Below are positions 28,501 to 45,840 of a stretch of 64,000 nt of DNA, one piece after another (the stretch's first letter is position 1; every line of letters starts with the position of its first letter). Location: the NCBI GenBank assembly GCA_012295275.1, contig CM022669.1, positions 124,001 through 188,000 on the forward strand, read 5' to 3'. Made by a program: the position numbers and the translations under genes. Origin of the DNA: Chrysomallon squamiferum (Eukaryota > Animalia > Mollusca). Under the pieces are notes generated by a model. It ran no database searches. It saw nothing but the letters and a program-made list of their open reading frames with translations, and had not been told where the DNA came from.

Positions 28501-31500
28501 CTCTTCTCAACAAACAGAAACACGCACTACCTCATCAAAATCAGATGCAATGATTAACCCTTTACACCGTTTAAACAACTGCTTGAGATCTGAACGCCTT
28601 CAATGCAGTCTCTTATGTGTGCGTACGATTGAAAGTTTCGGTGTGCGAGCGGTTGCGACGGGTGTTCGTCTCTTCTCAACAAACAGAAACACGCACTACC
28701 TCATCAAAATCAGATGCAATGATTAACCCTTTACACCGTTTAAACAACTGCTTGAGATCTGAACGCCTTCAATGCAGTCTGTTATGTGTGCGTACGATTG
28801 AAAGTTTCGGTGTGCGAGCGGTTGCGACGGGTGTTCGTCTCTTCTCAACAAACAGAAACACGCACTACCTCATCAAAATCAGATGCAATGATTAACCCTT
28901 TACACCGTTTAAACAACTGCTTGAGATCTGAACGCCTTCAATGCAGTCTCTTATGTGTGCGTACGATTGAAAGTTTCGGTGTGCGAGCGGTTGCGACGGG
29001 TGTTCGTCTCTTCTCAACAAACAGAAACACGCACTACCTCATCAAAATCAGATGCAATGATTAACCCTTTACACCGTTTAAACAACTGCTTGAGATCTGA
29101 ACGCCTTCAATGCAGTCTCTTATGTGTGCGTACGATTGAAAGTTTCGGTGTGCGAGCGGTTGCGACGGGTGTTCGTCTCTTCTCAAACAAACAGAAACAC
29201 GCACTACCTCATCAAAATCAGATGCAATGATTAACCCTTTACCCCGTTTAAACAACTGCTTGAGATCTGAACGCCTTCAATGCAGTCTCTTATGTGTGCG
29301 TACGATTGAAAGTTTCGGTGTGCGAGCGGTTGCGACGGGTGTTCGTCTCTTCTCAACAAACAGAAACACGCACTACCTCATCAAAATCAGATGCAATGAT
29401 TAACCCTTTACACCGTTTAAACAACAGCTTGAGATCTGAATGCCTTCAATGCAGTGTATTATGTGTGCGTACGATTGAAAGTTTCGGTGCGCGAGCGGTT
29501 GCGACGGGTGTTCGTCTCTTCTCAACAAACAGAAACACGCACTACCTCATCAAAATCAGATGCAATGATTAACCCTTTACACCGTTTAAACAACTGCTTG
29601 AGATCTGAACGCCTTCAATGCAGTCTCTTATGTGTGCGTACGATTGAAAGTTTCGGTGTGCGAGCGGTTGCGACGGGTGTTCGTCTCTTCTCAACAAACA
29701 GAAACACGCACTACCTCATCAAAATCAGATGCAATGATTAACCCTTTACACCGTTTAAACAACTGCTTGAGATCTGAACGCCTTCAATGCAGTCTGTTAT
29801 GTGTGTATACGATTGAAAGTTTCGGTGTGCGAGCGGTTGCGAGGTGTGTTCGTCTCTTCTCAACAAACAGAAACACGCACTACCTCATCAAAATCAGATG
29901 CAATGATTAACCCTTTACACCGTTTAAACAACTGCTTGAGATCTGAACGCCTTCAATGCAGTCTCTTATGTGTGCGTACGATTGAAAGTTTCGGTGTGCG
30001 AGCGGTTGCGACGGGTGTTCGTCTCTTCTCAACAAACAGAAACACGCACTACCTCATCAAAATCAGATGCAATGATTAACCCTTTACACCGTTTAAACAA
30101 CTGCTTGAGATCTGAACGCCTTCAATGCAGTCTGTTATGTGTGCGTACGATTGAAAGTTTCGGTGTGCGAGCGGTTGCGACGGGTGTTCGTCTCTTCTCA
30201 ACAAACAGAAACACGCACTACCTCATCAAAATCAGATGCAATGATTAACCCTTTACACCGTTTAAACAACTGCTTGAGATCTGAACGCCTTCAATGCAGT
30301 CTGTTATGTGTGCGTACGATTGAAAGTTTCGGTGCGCGAGCGGTTGCGACGGGTGTTCGTCTCTTCTCAACAAACAGAAACACGCACTACCTCATCAAAA
30401 TCAGATGCAATGATTAACCCTTTACACCGTTTAAACAACTGCTTGAGATCTGAACGCCTTCAATGCAGTCTCTTAAACAACTGCTTGAGATCTGAACGCC
30501 TTCAATGTGCGTACGATTGAAAGTTTCGGTGTGCGAGCGGTTGCGACGGGTGTTCGTCTCTTCTCAACAAACAGAAACACGCACTACCTCATCAAAATCA
30601 GATGCAATGATTAACCCTTTACACCGTTTAAACAACTGCTTGAGATCTGAACGCCTTCAATGCAGTCTGTTATGTGTGCGTACGATTGAAAGTTTCGGTG
30701 TGCGAGCGGTTGCGACGGGTGTTCGTCTCTTCTCAACAAACAGAAACACGCACTACCTCATCAAAATCAGATGCAATGATTAACCCTTTACACCGTTTAA
30801 ACAACTGCTTGAGATCTGAACGCCTTCAATGCAGTCTGTTATGTGTGCGTACGATTGAAAGTTTCGGTGTGCGAGCGGTTGCGACGGGTGTTCGTCTCTT
30901 CTCAACAAACAGAAACACGCACTACCTCATCAAAATCAGATGCAATGATTAACCCTTTACACCGTTTAAAAACAACTGCTTGAGATCTGAACGCCTTCAA
31001 TGCAGTCTGTTATGTGTGCGTACGATTGAAAGTTTCGGTGTGCGAGCGGTTGCGACGTGTGTTCGTCTCTTCTCAACAAACAGAAACACGCACTACCTCA
31101 TCAAAATCAGATGCAATGATTAACCCTTTACACCGTTTAAACAACTGCTTGAGATCTGAACGCCTTCAATGCAGTCTGTTATGTGTGCGTACGATTGAAA
31201 GTTTCGGTGTGCGAGCGGTTGCGACGGGTGTTCGTCTCTTCTCAACAAACAGAAACACGCACTACCTCATCAAAATCAGATGCAATGATTAACCCTTTAC
31301 ACCGTTTAAACAACTGCTTGAGATCTGAACGCCTTCAATGCAGTCTCTTATGTGTGCGTACGATTGAAAGTTTCGGTGTGCGAGCGGTTGCGACGGGTGT
31401 TCGTCTCTTCTCAACAAACAGAAACACGCACTACCTCATCGAAATCAGATGTAATGATTAACCCTTTATCCCGTTTAAACAACTGCTTGAGATCTGAACG

Positions 31501-32130
31501 CCTTCAATGCAGTCTGTTATGTGTGCGTACGATTGAAAGTTTCGGTGTGCGAGCGGTTGCGAGGTGTGTTCGTCTCTTCTCAACAAACAGAAACACGCAC
31601 TACCTCATCAAAATCAGATGCAATGATTAACCCTTTACACTTTTTTAAACAACTGCTTGAGATCTGAACGCCTTCAATGCAGTCTCTTATGTGTGCGTAC
31701 GATTGAAAGTTTCGGTGTGCGAGCGGTTGCGACTGTGTTCGTCTCTTCTCAACAAACAGAAACACGCACTACCTCATCAAAATCAGATGCAATGATTAAC
31801 CCTTTACACCGTTTAAACAACTGCTTGAGATCTGAACGCCTTCAATGCAGTCTCTTATGTGTGCGTACGATTGAAAGTTTCGGTGTGCGAGCGGTTGCGA
31901 CGGTGTGTTCGTCTCTTCTCAACAAACAGAAACACGCACTACCTCATCAAAATCAGATGTAATGATTAACCCTTTACACCGTTTAAACAACTGCTTGAGA
32001 TCTGAACGCCTTCAATGCAGTCTGTTACGTGTGTATACGATTGAAAGTTTCGGAGTGCGAGCGGTTGCGAGGTGTGTTCGTCTCTTCTCAATAAACAGAA
32101 ACACGCACTACCTCATCAAAATCAGATCTA
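13574..32130 (+). repeat. Homogeneous 169-bp satellite DNA array (~110 monomers)
   Basis: Monomer tatgtgtgcgtacgattgaaagtttcggtgtgcgagcggttgcgacgggtgttcgtctcttctcaacaaacagaaacacgcactacctcatcaaaatcagatgcaatgattaaccctttacaccgtttaaacaactgcttgagatctgaacgccttcaatgcagtctgt. ORF ends step by 169 (14023, 14192, 14361). Confidence 0.98.
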
Positions 32131-32862
32131 ATGATTAACCCTTAACACCGTTTAAACAGCTGTTTGAGAACTGAACCCATTCAAGGCTGTCTGTTATGTG
32201 TGTATACGATTGAAAGTTTCGGAGTGCGAGCGGCTGCGAGGTGTGTTTGTCTGTTCTCAATAAACAGAATCACGCACAACATCATGGAAATCAGATGTAA
32301 TGATTAACCCTTTACAGCGATTAAAGAGCTGCTTGAAAACAGAACGCTTTGAGTGCTGTCTGTTATGTGTGTATATGATTAAAAGTTTCGCAGAGCGAGC
32401 GGTTGCGAAGTGTGTTCGTCTCTTGTCAATAAACGCACATGCCGACCAGTTCATCAAAATCAGATCTAATGATTAACCCTTAACAGCGTTCAAAGAGCTG
32501 GTTGAGAACTGAACGCATTCAATGCTGTCTGTTATGTGTGTATCCGATTGAAAGTTTCGGAGTGCGAGCGGCTGCGAGCTGTGTTCGTCTCTTCTCAATA
32601 AACAGAATCACGCACTACCTCATCGAAATCAGATCTAATGATTAACCCTTAACAGCGATTAAAGACCTGCTTGAGAACTGAACGCATTTAATGCTGTTTG
32701 TTATGTGTGTATACGATTGAAAGTTTCGGACTGCGAGTGATTGCGATGTGTGTTCGTCTCTTGTCAATAAACGCACATACCAACCAGCTCATCAAAATCA
32801 GATGTAATGATTAACCCTTAACAGCGTTTAAAGAGCTGCTTGAGAACAGAACGCATTCGGAG
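32131..32862 (+). repeat. Diverged right-flank satellite monomers (dimeric ~338-bp pattern)
   Basis: Alternating types: gcggctgcgag..aataaacagaatcacgcac (~32225, 32565) and cttgtcaataaacgcacat..accag.tcatc (~32420, 32760). Confidence 0.85.
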
Positions 32863-32865
32863 TGT

Positions 32866-32940
32866 TGTCTTAGTCCGAGATTCGAACTGCGGTCGTCGGA
32901 TTCAAAGCCAGGTCTACAGAGGCACATTACAATGTTAACC
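32866..32940 (-). pseudogene. tRNA-Gln(TTG)-like relic / tRNA-derived repeat head with intact B-box
   Basis: Minus strand ggttaacattgtaatgtgcctctgtagacctggCTTTGAAtccgacgaccgcaGTTCGAATCtcggactaagaca. It has anticodon loop CTTTGAA and T-arm ccg(c)ag-ttcgaat-ctcgg, resembling eukaryotic tRNA-Gln. D-arm and acceptor stem are degenerate. Confidence 0.55.
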
Positions 32941-34400
32941 AGAAATCGAGAGAGCGGTGAAGAACGCACTCTTTTCCTTCCCATTGTACTTGTCTTTAAT
33001 CAAACAGAACAAACGATGAGCACCATTCGGATTGTGCTGTCTATATCTTGTTTCTCTCTTTGTTTGTTAGAGTGATGAATGATGCAATTGCTCATCTACT
33101 AATAACTAACATGAACGAGTAGTAAGTAACCTGCGTTTCATCGTGAGTGTGTTTGTATATGTGTTTGTCACAGCGAGAAGACATGCAACTTCTGTTCGGA
33201 TTGAACTGCTCTTTGAAGACGAATGTGTGCAAAGCCACATCTAACAGTGAGTTTGTAACTCCTCCGAGACAACAGCTTCATAACAGAACGATTCAATCTT
33301 CTTATTTGTATCTGTCGCATTAGTAAGGTACTGACTGATGGACCTTTTCGAAATGTAATCGAACAGACATTTCTATTTAAGATCGCAATCTTCAATTGTG
33401 CCATTCATGGTATGTGTTGTATTTTTCGAAGCTACGAGCTAGAATCATCGGTGACACAGCAGTATGTATATAATAAGCACCTAACAATGTTCACCAGAGA
33501 TCGGGAGAACGGTGAATAACGCACTCTTCTCCTTCCCGTTGTACTTGTCTTTAATCAAACAGAACTAACGTAGAGCAGCATTCGGAGTGTGGCCTTATTT
33601 AAAGCTACGAGCTGCAGTCGTCGGTTTCACAGCCAGGTGTACATAGGCACATAACAATGTTAACCAGAGATCGAGAGATCGGTAAAGAATGCGCTGTTTT
33701 CGTTCACATTGTACTTGTCTTAAATCAAACAGAACTAACGATGAGCAGCAATCGGAGTGTGCTGTCTATATTTTGTTTTTGTGTTTGTTTGTTAAAGTGA
33801 AGAATGATGCAATTCCTCATCTGCTGATAAAGAACATGAACGAGTAGTAACCTTTGTTTCAGTGACAGCGTGTTTCTATATGTGTGTGTCACAGCGAGAA
33901 CATATGCATCTTCTGTTCGGATTGAACTGCTCTTGGAAGACGAAGGTGTGCGAAGCCACATCTAACAGTGAGTACGTATCTGCTCCGAGACAACAGCTTC
34001 ATAACAGAACGGTTCAAACTTCTTATTGATATCTATCGCAGTAGTAAGATACTGGCTGACATTTACGAACTGGAATCGAACAGACCGTTTTATGTACGAT
34101 CGCAAACTTCAATTCTGGCATTACAACAGCGTGTGCATAAGGACCTAATAATGTTAATCAGAGATCGCGAGAGCGATGAAGAATGCGCTGTTTACGTATC
34201 CATTGTAGTCTTCTTTAATCAAAGAGAACGAACGATGATCAGCATTCGGAGTGTGCTATATATATTTTGTTTCTGTGTTTCTTTGTTAAAGTGAAGAATG
34301 ATGCAATTTCTCTTCCACTGATAACGCAGATGAACGAGTACTAACCTGCGTTTCATGGTGAGTGCATTTGTGTTTGTGTTTGTCACAGCTAGAAGACATG
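32941..34400 (-). repeat. Repeat family B copies in inverted orientation relative to 8430-10575, with degenerate copies of the tRNA-like head
   Basis: gatgcaattgctcatctactaataac (~33081), ~33806 and ~34300 are reverse complements of the family B motif. gctacgagctgcagtcgtcggtttcacagccaggtgtacataggcacataacaatgttaacc (~33603) is homologous to 32878-32940. Confidence 0.75.
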
Positions 34401-34404
34401 TTAT

Positions 34405-35020
34405 AAGATACATAGCACAGTATGAGAGAAAGGGAAAGCAAGGAAGTATTCCAGACACATTGAAATAATGATAACGTTCCTATAATGGAATAAAGATCAC
34501 GTCCCAAGCAGAAATGTGTGCGTTATGTTGAATGACTACTACGCAGGGTGTGAGAAAATTGAATTCTTCTCCGGCTTTGCAGCCACTCGCACTACGTAAC
34601 TTTGAATCGTATGTAGAGGTAGCAAACAGCATTGAATGCGTTCTATTCTCAAGCAGCTCTTTCAACGGTGTTAACCGCTAATCATTAAATCTCGTTTAAA
34701 AAAGATTCTGCGTTTGTGTGTTTAGTGTAAAAAAAAAATGTCCAATACGGATATAAGGGACATAGCACAGTGTGAGAGAAAGGGAAAGCAAAGTGGTATT
34801 CTAGAGACATTAAGAGAACGATGACGTTATTAGAATGATAGAAAAAAGAGTTCTCAAAGCAAAGAGTGTGCGTGATGTTTAATGACTAGAACGCAGGAAT
34901 TAAAAAAGTGCATCATTTTCTCCATCTTCGAAACCTCTCGCACTACTTAACTTTGAATGGTATGTAGGGATAACAAACAGCATTGAATGAATTTGTTCTC
35001 AAGCAGCTCTTTGAACATTT
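34405..35020. repeat. ~350-bp direct duplication, each unit containing an inverted partial satellite monomer
   Basis: acatagcacagt(a/g)tgagagaaagggaaagcaa at ~34410 and ~34760, each followed by ctcgcactac.taactttgaat.gtatgtag...agcattgaatg...ttctcaagcagctcttt. Confidence 0.75.
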
Positions 35021-37410
35021 TTAAAGTTTATTATTGTGTTTTAAGTTTAAATACAAAATAACAAATTATATTTTGTATTTATTTATTTTTAGAATTATTT
35101 ATTTTATTTTTATTTTATTTTTATTTATTTAGTTCTTTTTATTTTTTTTTTTTTTTTTGCCAAATTATTTTCTAAATTATTATTAAAAAAATTATTAATA
35201 CCAAGAATTCTTTAACAGTTTTAAATACGAGTGCAAAAGTTATTTGCGTTTCAACTTTCCATGTGCGTGGTCAAAAAAATTATAATAATTAACTTTAGTG
35301 ATTATTGTCGAAATGCTAAACCTTCAGCTTGAGATTTACTTCATAATCAGATGATAAAACCAAAGTACTCAGAGTATGAATGATAATATAAGTTATGTTT
35401 TCATATTCTACCTTGATATTGTAAAGCGTGAAAGTGAATGGATTTCTTCCGCATTTTAGGCCTACCTGTAAATTATTGAACTTTTGTATTTTTAAAACAA
35501 CATAAAGCAATTTTACACAGTCTAATTTACAATGCATTCAGCATTGTATTCATAGTAAATATAATATGTCAATGAATAAATTTTATTTGGCTTATTATGA
35601 TTATGAGGAACAACAGTTTGGAACATAAATTATGACAACGGAAGTAAACAATTTCCTCCATTAACGTAAGTGAGATACCAGTAATATCGTCGTAAAATTG
35701 TCTTTTATTCAATGATAAATCATGTTTATACTATTTTGAGTCTTTCTTTAGGCGTTAAAGATGGGCAATAAAGTGACTACATTTATAGTTGACCAGCTGG
35801 AAGCATATCGGGTATGTAAAACAGTATTTAATCGAGCGTCCGAAGCGAATGTTAGACACCAACCAAAATTAATGGCTCTATCTATTCCGTTTTTTTTAGA
35901 TTTATATAGTAACCATTTATCATCATCGCAAGTTAGATACCACCGTTAATTCTATTTACATAATTGTATTTCGCAAAGGACGCGATAATTTTAAATCACC
36001 AAGTTTAATTCTCAAGAGAATATTGTTGTTGTTGTTTTTTTTGTTTTGTTTTTTTAAATTTGGATAACTATCTTTATCATATATTTTTTTTATATTCCTT
36101 GAAATAATCATTATGGTTATTATTAATTACTTTTTACCGTCTTTTTTCAGTCAGGCTTAATATGTTGAAAAGTCAGTCATTAGATTTGTCACAATTTATT
36201 TATATATATTAACTGTTTAATTAAATAAAACAAAACAAATTTTTCTTACCCTTTTTTTTAATTTAAAAATTAAAAAAAAAGGTTTATGTTTAATTATTTT
36301 TGTTAATCATTTTTAAATTTTAAAAAAAAGTATCAAAATGCACTGATTAATGGATTAAAAGTTCTAATGCAACCAAGTTTATGAAAAAAAAAAAAAATAA
36401 TAAAAAGCTTTTCCAAAGCAAAATTTGTCATTTTGACAACATTCAAGAATGATTAGTGAAGAGTTTAAATAAATCATAAATCTGACAAAAATGACATAGA
36501 ATTGGAAAAAACATTTCAAATTGTAATACCAATTTAAAATAAAGTGATGTTAACACTGACAGGATGATCTCAGTTTTGATAATTTTCTGGTCACGTTCTC
36601 TGTGTTTAGTGAGGCAGAATCAAGAGACATCAAAACAGTCTATGCTTACAGAATACATGGTATGTTGTAACCTTATTTCCATTTTCTGTTTTACCCAAAG
36701 CCCTGTTGATAACATGTTTATGAAATATACTTGCATTTGTTCTCTGTAGGAAGGTGTATGAAAAGATCCCTTTATGCTAATCAGCAAGAGTTTTCATGTT
36801 AATTTTCCTCATTGTTATGTTGATATCTAATAAAAGTTATATTTAAAAGTTATATTTGTTAAACATTATTTACACTATACAGATTATTGTACATCAGAGT
36901 TTTATTAAAAAGATAATCTGAAAATCTTAACTCATGTTGTTGCTTATTAGGTAAATGAATGCATCCTTTAATCAAAAAATTTCTGTCTGATTTTTCAGCA
37001 TTGTGAAGAGGTCTTTTCTGAAAAAATCTAAAATGTTCTTTACTACATTTTCTTAATAAAATCACTGAGAGAGAAAATTTAATTTCAAATCATTATGATC
37101 TTAATATTTTGCAGAAACTTAGTAACTATAGCATAAAGATAACTGATGTTAATTTTAGATACTTTTTAGGTAACAAAATGGCACAAGTCTATCTAGGCCA
37201 TTATTATTCAGATACATTGTCTGCTGCTTACTTCCATTAAATTATAACAGAGCAATAAACAAGCTGGAAAAGATTCTGAACAAATTTCCTATGCTGTTAT
37301 TTAAATTATTTTCCTTTATTGTTAAAATTAACATTATTATTAATAGTAGTAGTAGTACAGCAGCAGTAGTGGTATTATTATTATAATTAATATATGTTTT
37401 TTAATATTCA
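35015..37410 (+). repeat. Segmental duplicate (copy A) of 54726-55330 plus 61440-64000 (copy B)
   Basis: Collinear homology, e.g. gccaaattattttctaaa, ttccgcattttaggcctacctgtaaattattgaac, CIB exon 1 and intron 4. Confidence 0.92.
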
Positions 37411-37506
37411 GATTTTGATGATGATAAAAAAGATTTAGAAAAAACACTTGTGGCCTTAACAGGAGGAGAGCTCAATGAAGATGAGATTACTTTTGTTGTT
37501 GAAAAG
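35761..37506 (+). pseudogene. Internally deleted CIB2/CIB3-family paralog (probable pseudogene or mini-CIB)
   Basis: Exons 35761-35811 (MGNKVTTFIVDQLEAYR), 36563-36659 (DDLSFDNFLVTFSVFSEAESRDIKTVYAYRIH) and 37412-37506 (DFDDDKKDLEKTLVALTGGELNEDEITFVVEK). Exons 2-3 are absent, exon 4 is 51 nt short, and no terminal exon was found. Confidence 0.8.
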
Positions 37507-38531
37507 GTGACAGTCTTTTACACAATTAAAAAATGTACATATAGCTTAAAATTATCTGTGAATGCCTCACTGCACAACAATAAAATAAAATGTCTACACT
37601 GAAAGAATAATAGGTAAATTTTATTTTAACTTCATTTTTATTTTATTTTTGTATATGTGTGTGTGTGGTAATAATAATTAATCATGTTTGTTGACCTTCG
37701 TAATTTTATATTCAAATTAAATGTCACTAATTATTATGCTTAATAAGATATTAATTGTGAAAATATACATCTGAGTTTGTTCAAATTAAATTTTTACCTA
37801 ATTAAAGCCCTTCATTGTTAATATTCAGTAGGCAGACAGATGTAAATTGAGTGAAAGTTAGTAAGAGAAAGCATTGTTGGGAGGACAAGAGGGAAATGTT
37901 TGAATTTTAAATGTATTTAACACGATGTAAAACACACAGATACAAATCAGTGAGAAACATTGTGTTATAACCAGCTGAAACATAAGAAAATAGCAATAAT
38001 ATAATGTTTTGTTTGTTCTTGTTGTTTTTGTGGGGTGATGGTATTATTTTATTATTTAAATTTTTAAATTTTATTATTATTATTGTTATTATTATTATTA
38101 TTATTATGTAATTTTTAATTTTTGAATTTAATATTTTTTTATTGTTTTTTTGTTTATTATTTTATTTTATTGTATTTTATTTTATTTTATTTTATTGTTT
38201 TTTTTCATTCAAATTTAATGTTTTAATATAATCTTTAATCATATAAAAGAAATTACTTCTTTTCATTAATTAAATCATGAAACTGGACCAGTAATTTTTT
38301 TTTCATTGATTATATATATTCTATATACTATATAAAATTTCATCAGTTATATAGTTTGTATTAATGTTAAATTATGTAATAACTTATTTATTTTCTGGGA
38401 CCCGATCTGTTTTTATTTTATATTTATATATTTATTTATTTATTATATCACCGCCACCGTTGTTTGGAACAAAACACTGCCACAGACTAATTTGTGCGTC
38501 TTCTTCATTCCCATCAGACTGAGTCATCAGG

Positions 38532-43637
<5,106 letters not shown>

Positions 43638-44686
43638 AGCGCCTCTCAGCCTGGGCAAGTTACGGTGATTTTCGTGATCTTTGTTACCGAATACGTTTAA
43701 TATTCCACGTTAATATAATAAGATAAATGAGATGCTACCAGTTCTTTTTTCCAATATGGTCGCCTTCTTTGTTTAACATAATTAATGAGTGACGCATGCC
43801 ATGATAAAATCAATGTCTGGTTGCTAAGCGTTGACAGTATTGATTAGGGCAAAAGTAAATGATATCGGTAAGCGTTGATTTTCAGACATGCAACCGGATA
43901 TAACATAGACACACACACATACACACAGACACACACATACATTATATATATATATATATATATATATATTTGCAGGTAGATCAATATAGGCCTACTAACG
44001 CAAATATGCAGGCGCACACACAAAACAGAAAGACATAGAGTTTATGCATAGTTAATGAGAAACAGCGTGTGCGTGTATGGACGTGAAGTGTAGAAATAAA
44101 ACTTGAGTAATTCAAATCATGTTTTCGGAATATATGGGTATTGTAGATGAATAATGTATGTTTGAATAATTAAGACATCAAATACCAAAGCATTTGATAA
44201 ACTGTTATTTAGAGAAACAGACGGACAGAAATCTTCCTGGGTAGATATGTATAGAGGATGGTTTATTGGTATGTAAGGAGAATACTCATACATATGTTGG
44301 TTGAATGTAGACAGGTAGATAGGTTAAACAGATTTGTATATACGTAGACAGTTGGCTTACGGAAACAAGATGGATGGAATGTAGGTAGTTATATATATAT
44401 ATAGATAGTATAAGTATGTATGTATAGAAGGTAAACAATTTATTTATTTTACATACACTCTGATATTATGGAAATCATTCTGAGGTTACATAACGTGAAT
44501 TGTTTATGCCTCTGCCTGTCAGACAGTATTTAACATAAATCACTCAAACTGATGACAGATTAGAAATAATATTGGTTGTCTGTTATCACGATATTAAAAC
44601 GTGGACAGAGGTTTCTGCGTTTAAACACGTAGTCAGAGGGACAGATGTTAATCGAGAACCGCTAACGCACACATACAAAAAAATAC

Positions 44687-44731
<45 letters not shown>

Positions 44732-45685
44732 TGGACGCATATCTATATAAAAGTTGGTTCTCAACCCTTAATCAGTGCCTGACCACACACACATACACAC
44801 ACACACACTTAATTATTTTTATGTGTGTACGTCAGCAGTTCACATATACGTACATACACACATAAAAACAAACACATACACGCACAAAAACACTCCCACA
44901 CCCACAAACGCACATACATACATAGACACTGACACATACCACACATATAAACAGATGTAACACACACACATACACACGTATACCACGTACTTTTCGTTTT
45001 TGCGAAACAGCATTTTTCTTCTTTATTTTAAAAGATTCTTTATGTTTGTGAGTGATACCCACTGTTTTTGGAACTGTTTTTGGCAATGTTACCAATACGA
45101 TTTAACAATGAACAGGGTAGAAAATTTGATGTGGATTCTAAGGTAAAAGGGGAAAGCGATGTAAATATTATTACACTTTTTCAAAATAATTATAACGCTA
45201 TTACTAACTTTGCATACAAAGTCCCTTCTTGTTACTAAATAAAATGAAAGTCTTTTCAAACTCAGATATGTGGGGTTTTTTCGTCGTACGGCATTTATCA
45301 ACAATTGATATTTATTTATTTAAAAACCAATCCGCAATCGAAAAAAATATTTCATTGATGTTAGCAACTTCGTTTCCAAAATTTTATCATTTGTTTTAAT
45401 AACTTGCCTTTATCTCGAAAAATAATCTAAACTGATTTCACTATTCACCATCAAAAAATATTATACGGAATTTATCTCAAAATGTGTTAAGAATTTGCAT
45501 TACGTTGTAGATGCCTTGCAGAATCTAATTTTTGCAGATTATTGTTACGAACATTTATTTTAGTTTAATGTAGCGAAAACAATTGAACATCGAGATAACA
45601 CAAAACCCATTATATACTATACAGTTAATAAAATAAACATAAATATAAAGCTAACATACATAATGACTGTATAATGTCATGCATA

Positions 45686-45840
45686 TCGAATTCCCGTTCT
45701 TTTACGTCATACAGACTTGATATGTGAATATTACCCATCTGTCACGTGACTGACAGCTGAAAGTAATATATATGTATATATATGGCTTTCAGCTATTAGT
45801 CAATTGATAATATTCAAAAACTGAATTAAAGTATAAATTA
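45686..45840 (+). promoter_or_regulatory. Putative proximal promoter of the C-type lectin gene
   Basis: TATAAAT at 45832-45838, ~35 nt before the ATG at 45870; perfect palindrome GTCACGTGAC at 45741-45750; TTACGTCA at ~45702. Motif matches only. Confidence 0.4.

Noticed and set aside
13574-32130. CRISPR-like array
   Set aside because: No unique spacers, no cas genes, eukaryotic context; plain head-to-tail satellite.
13553-32138. About 100 overlapping 92-aa ORFs (MCVRLKVSVCERL...)
   Set aside because: Artefact of a 169-bp (3n+1) repeat cycling through frames; mostly non-ATG starts and no domain resemblance.
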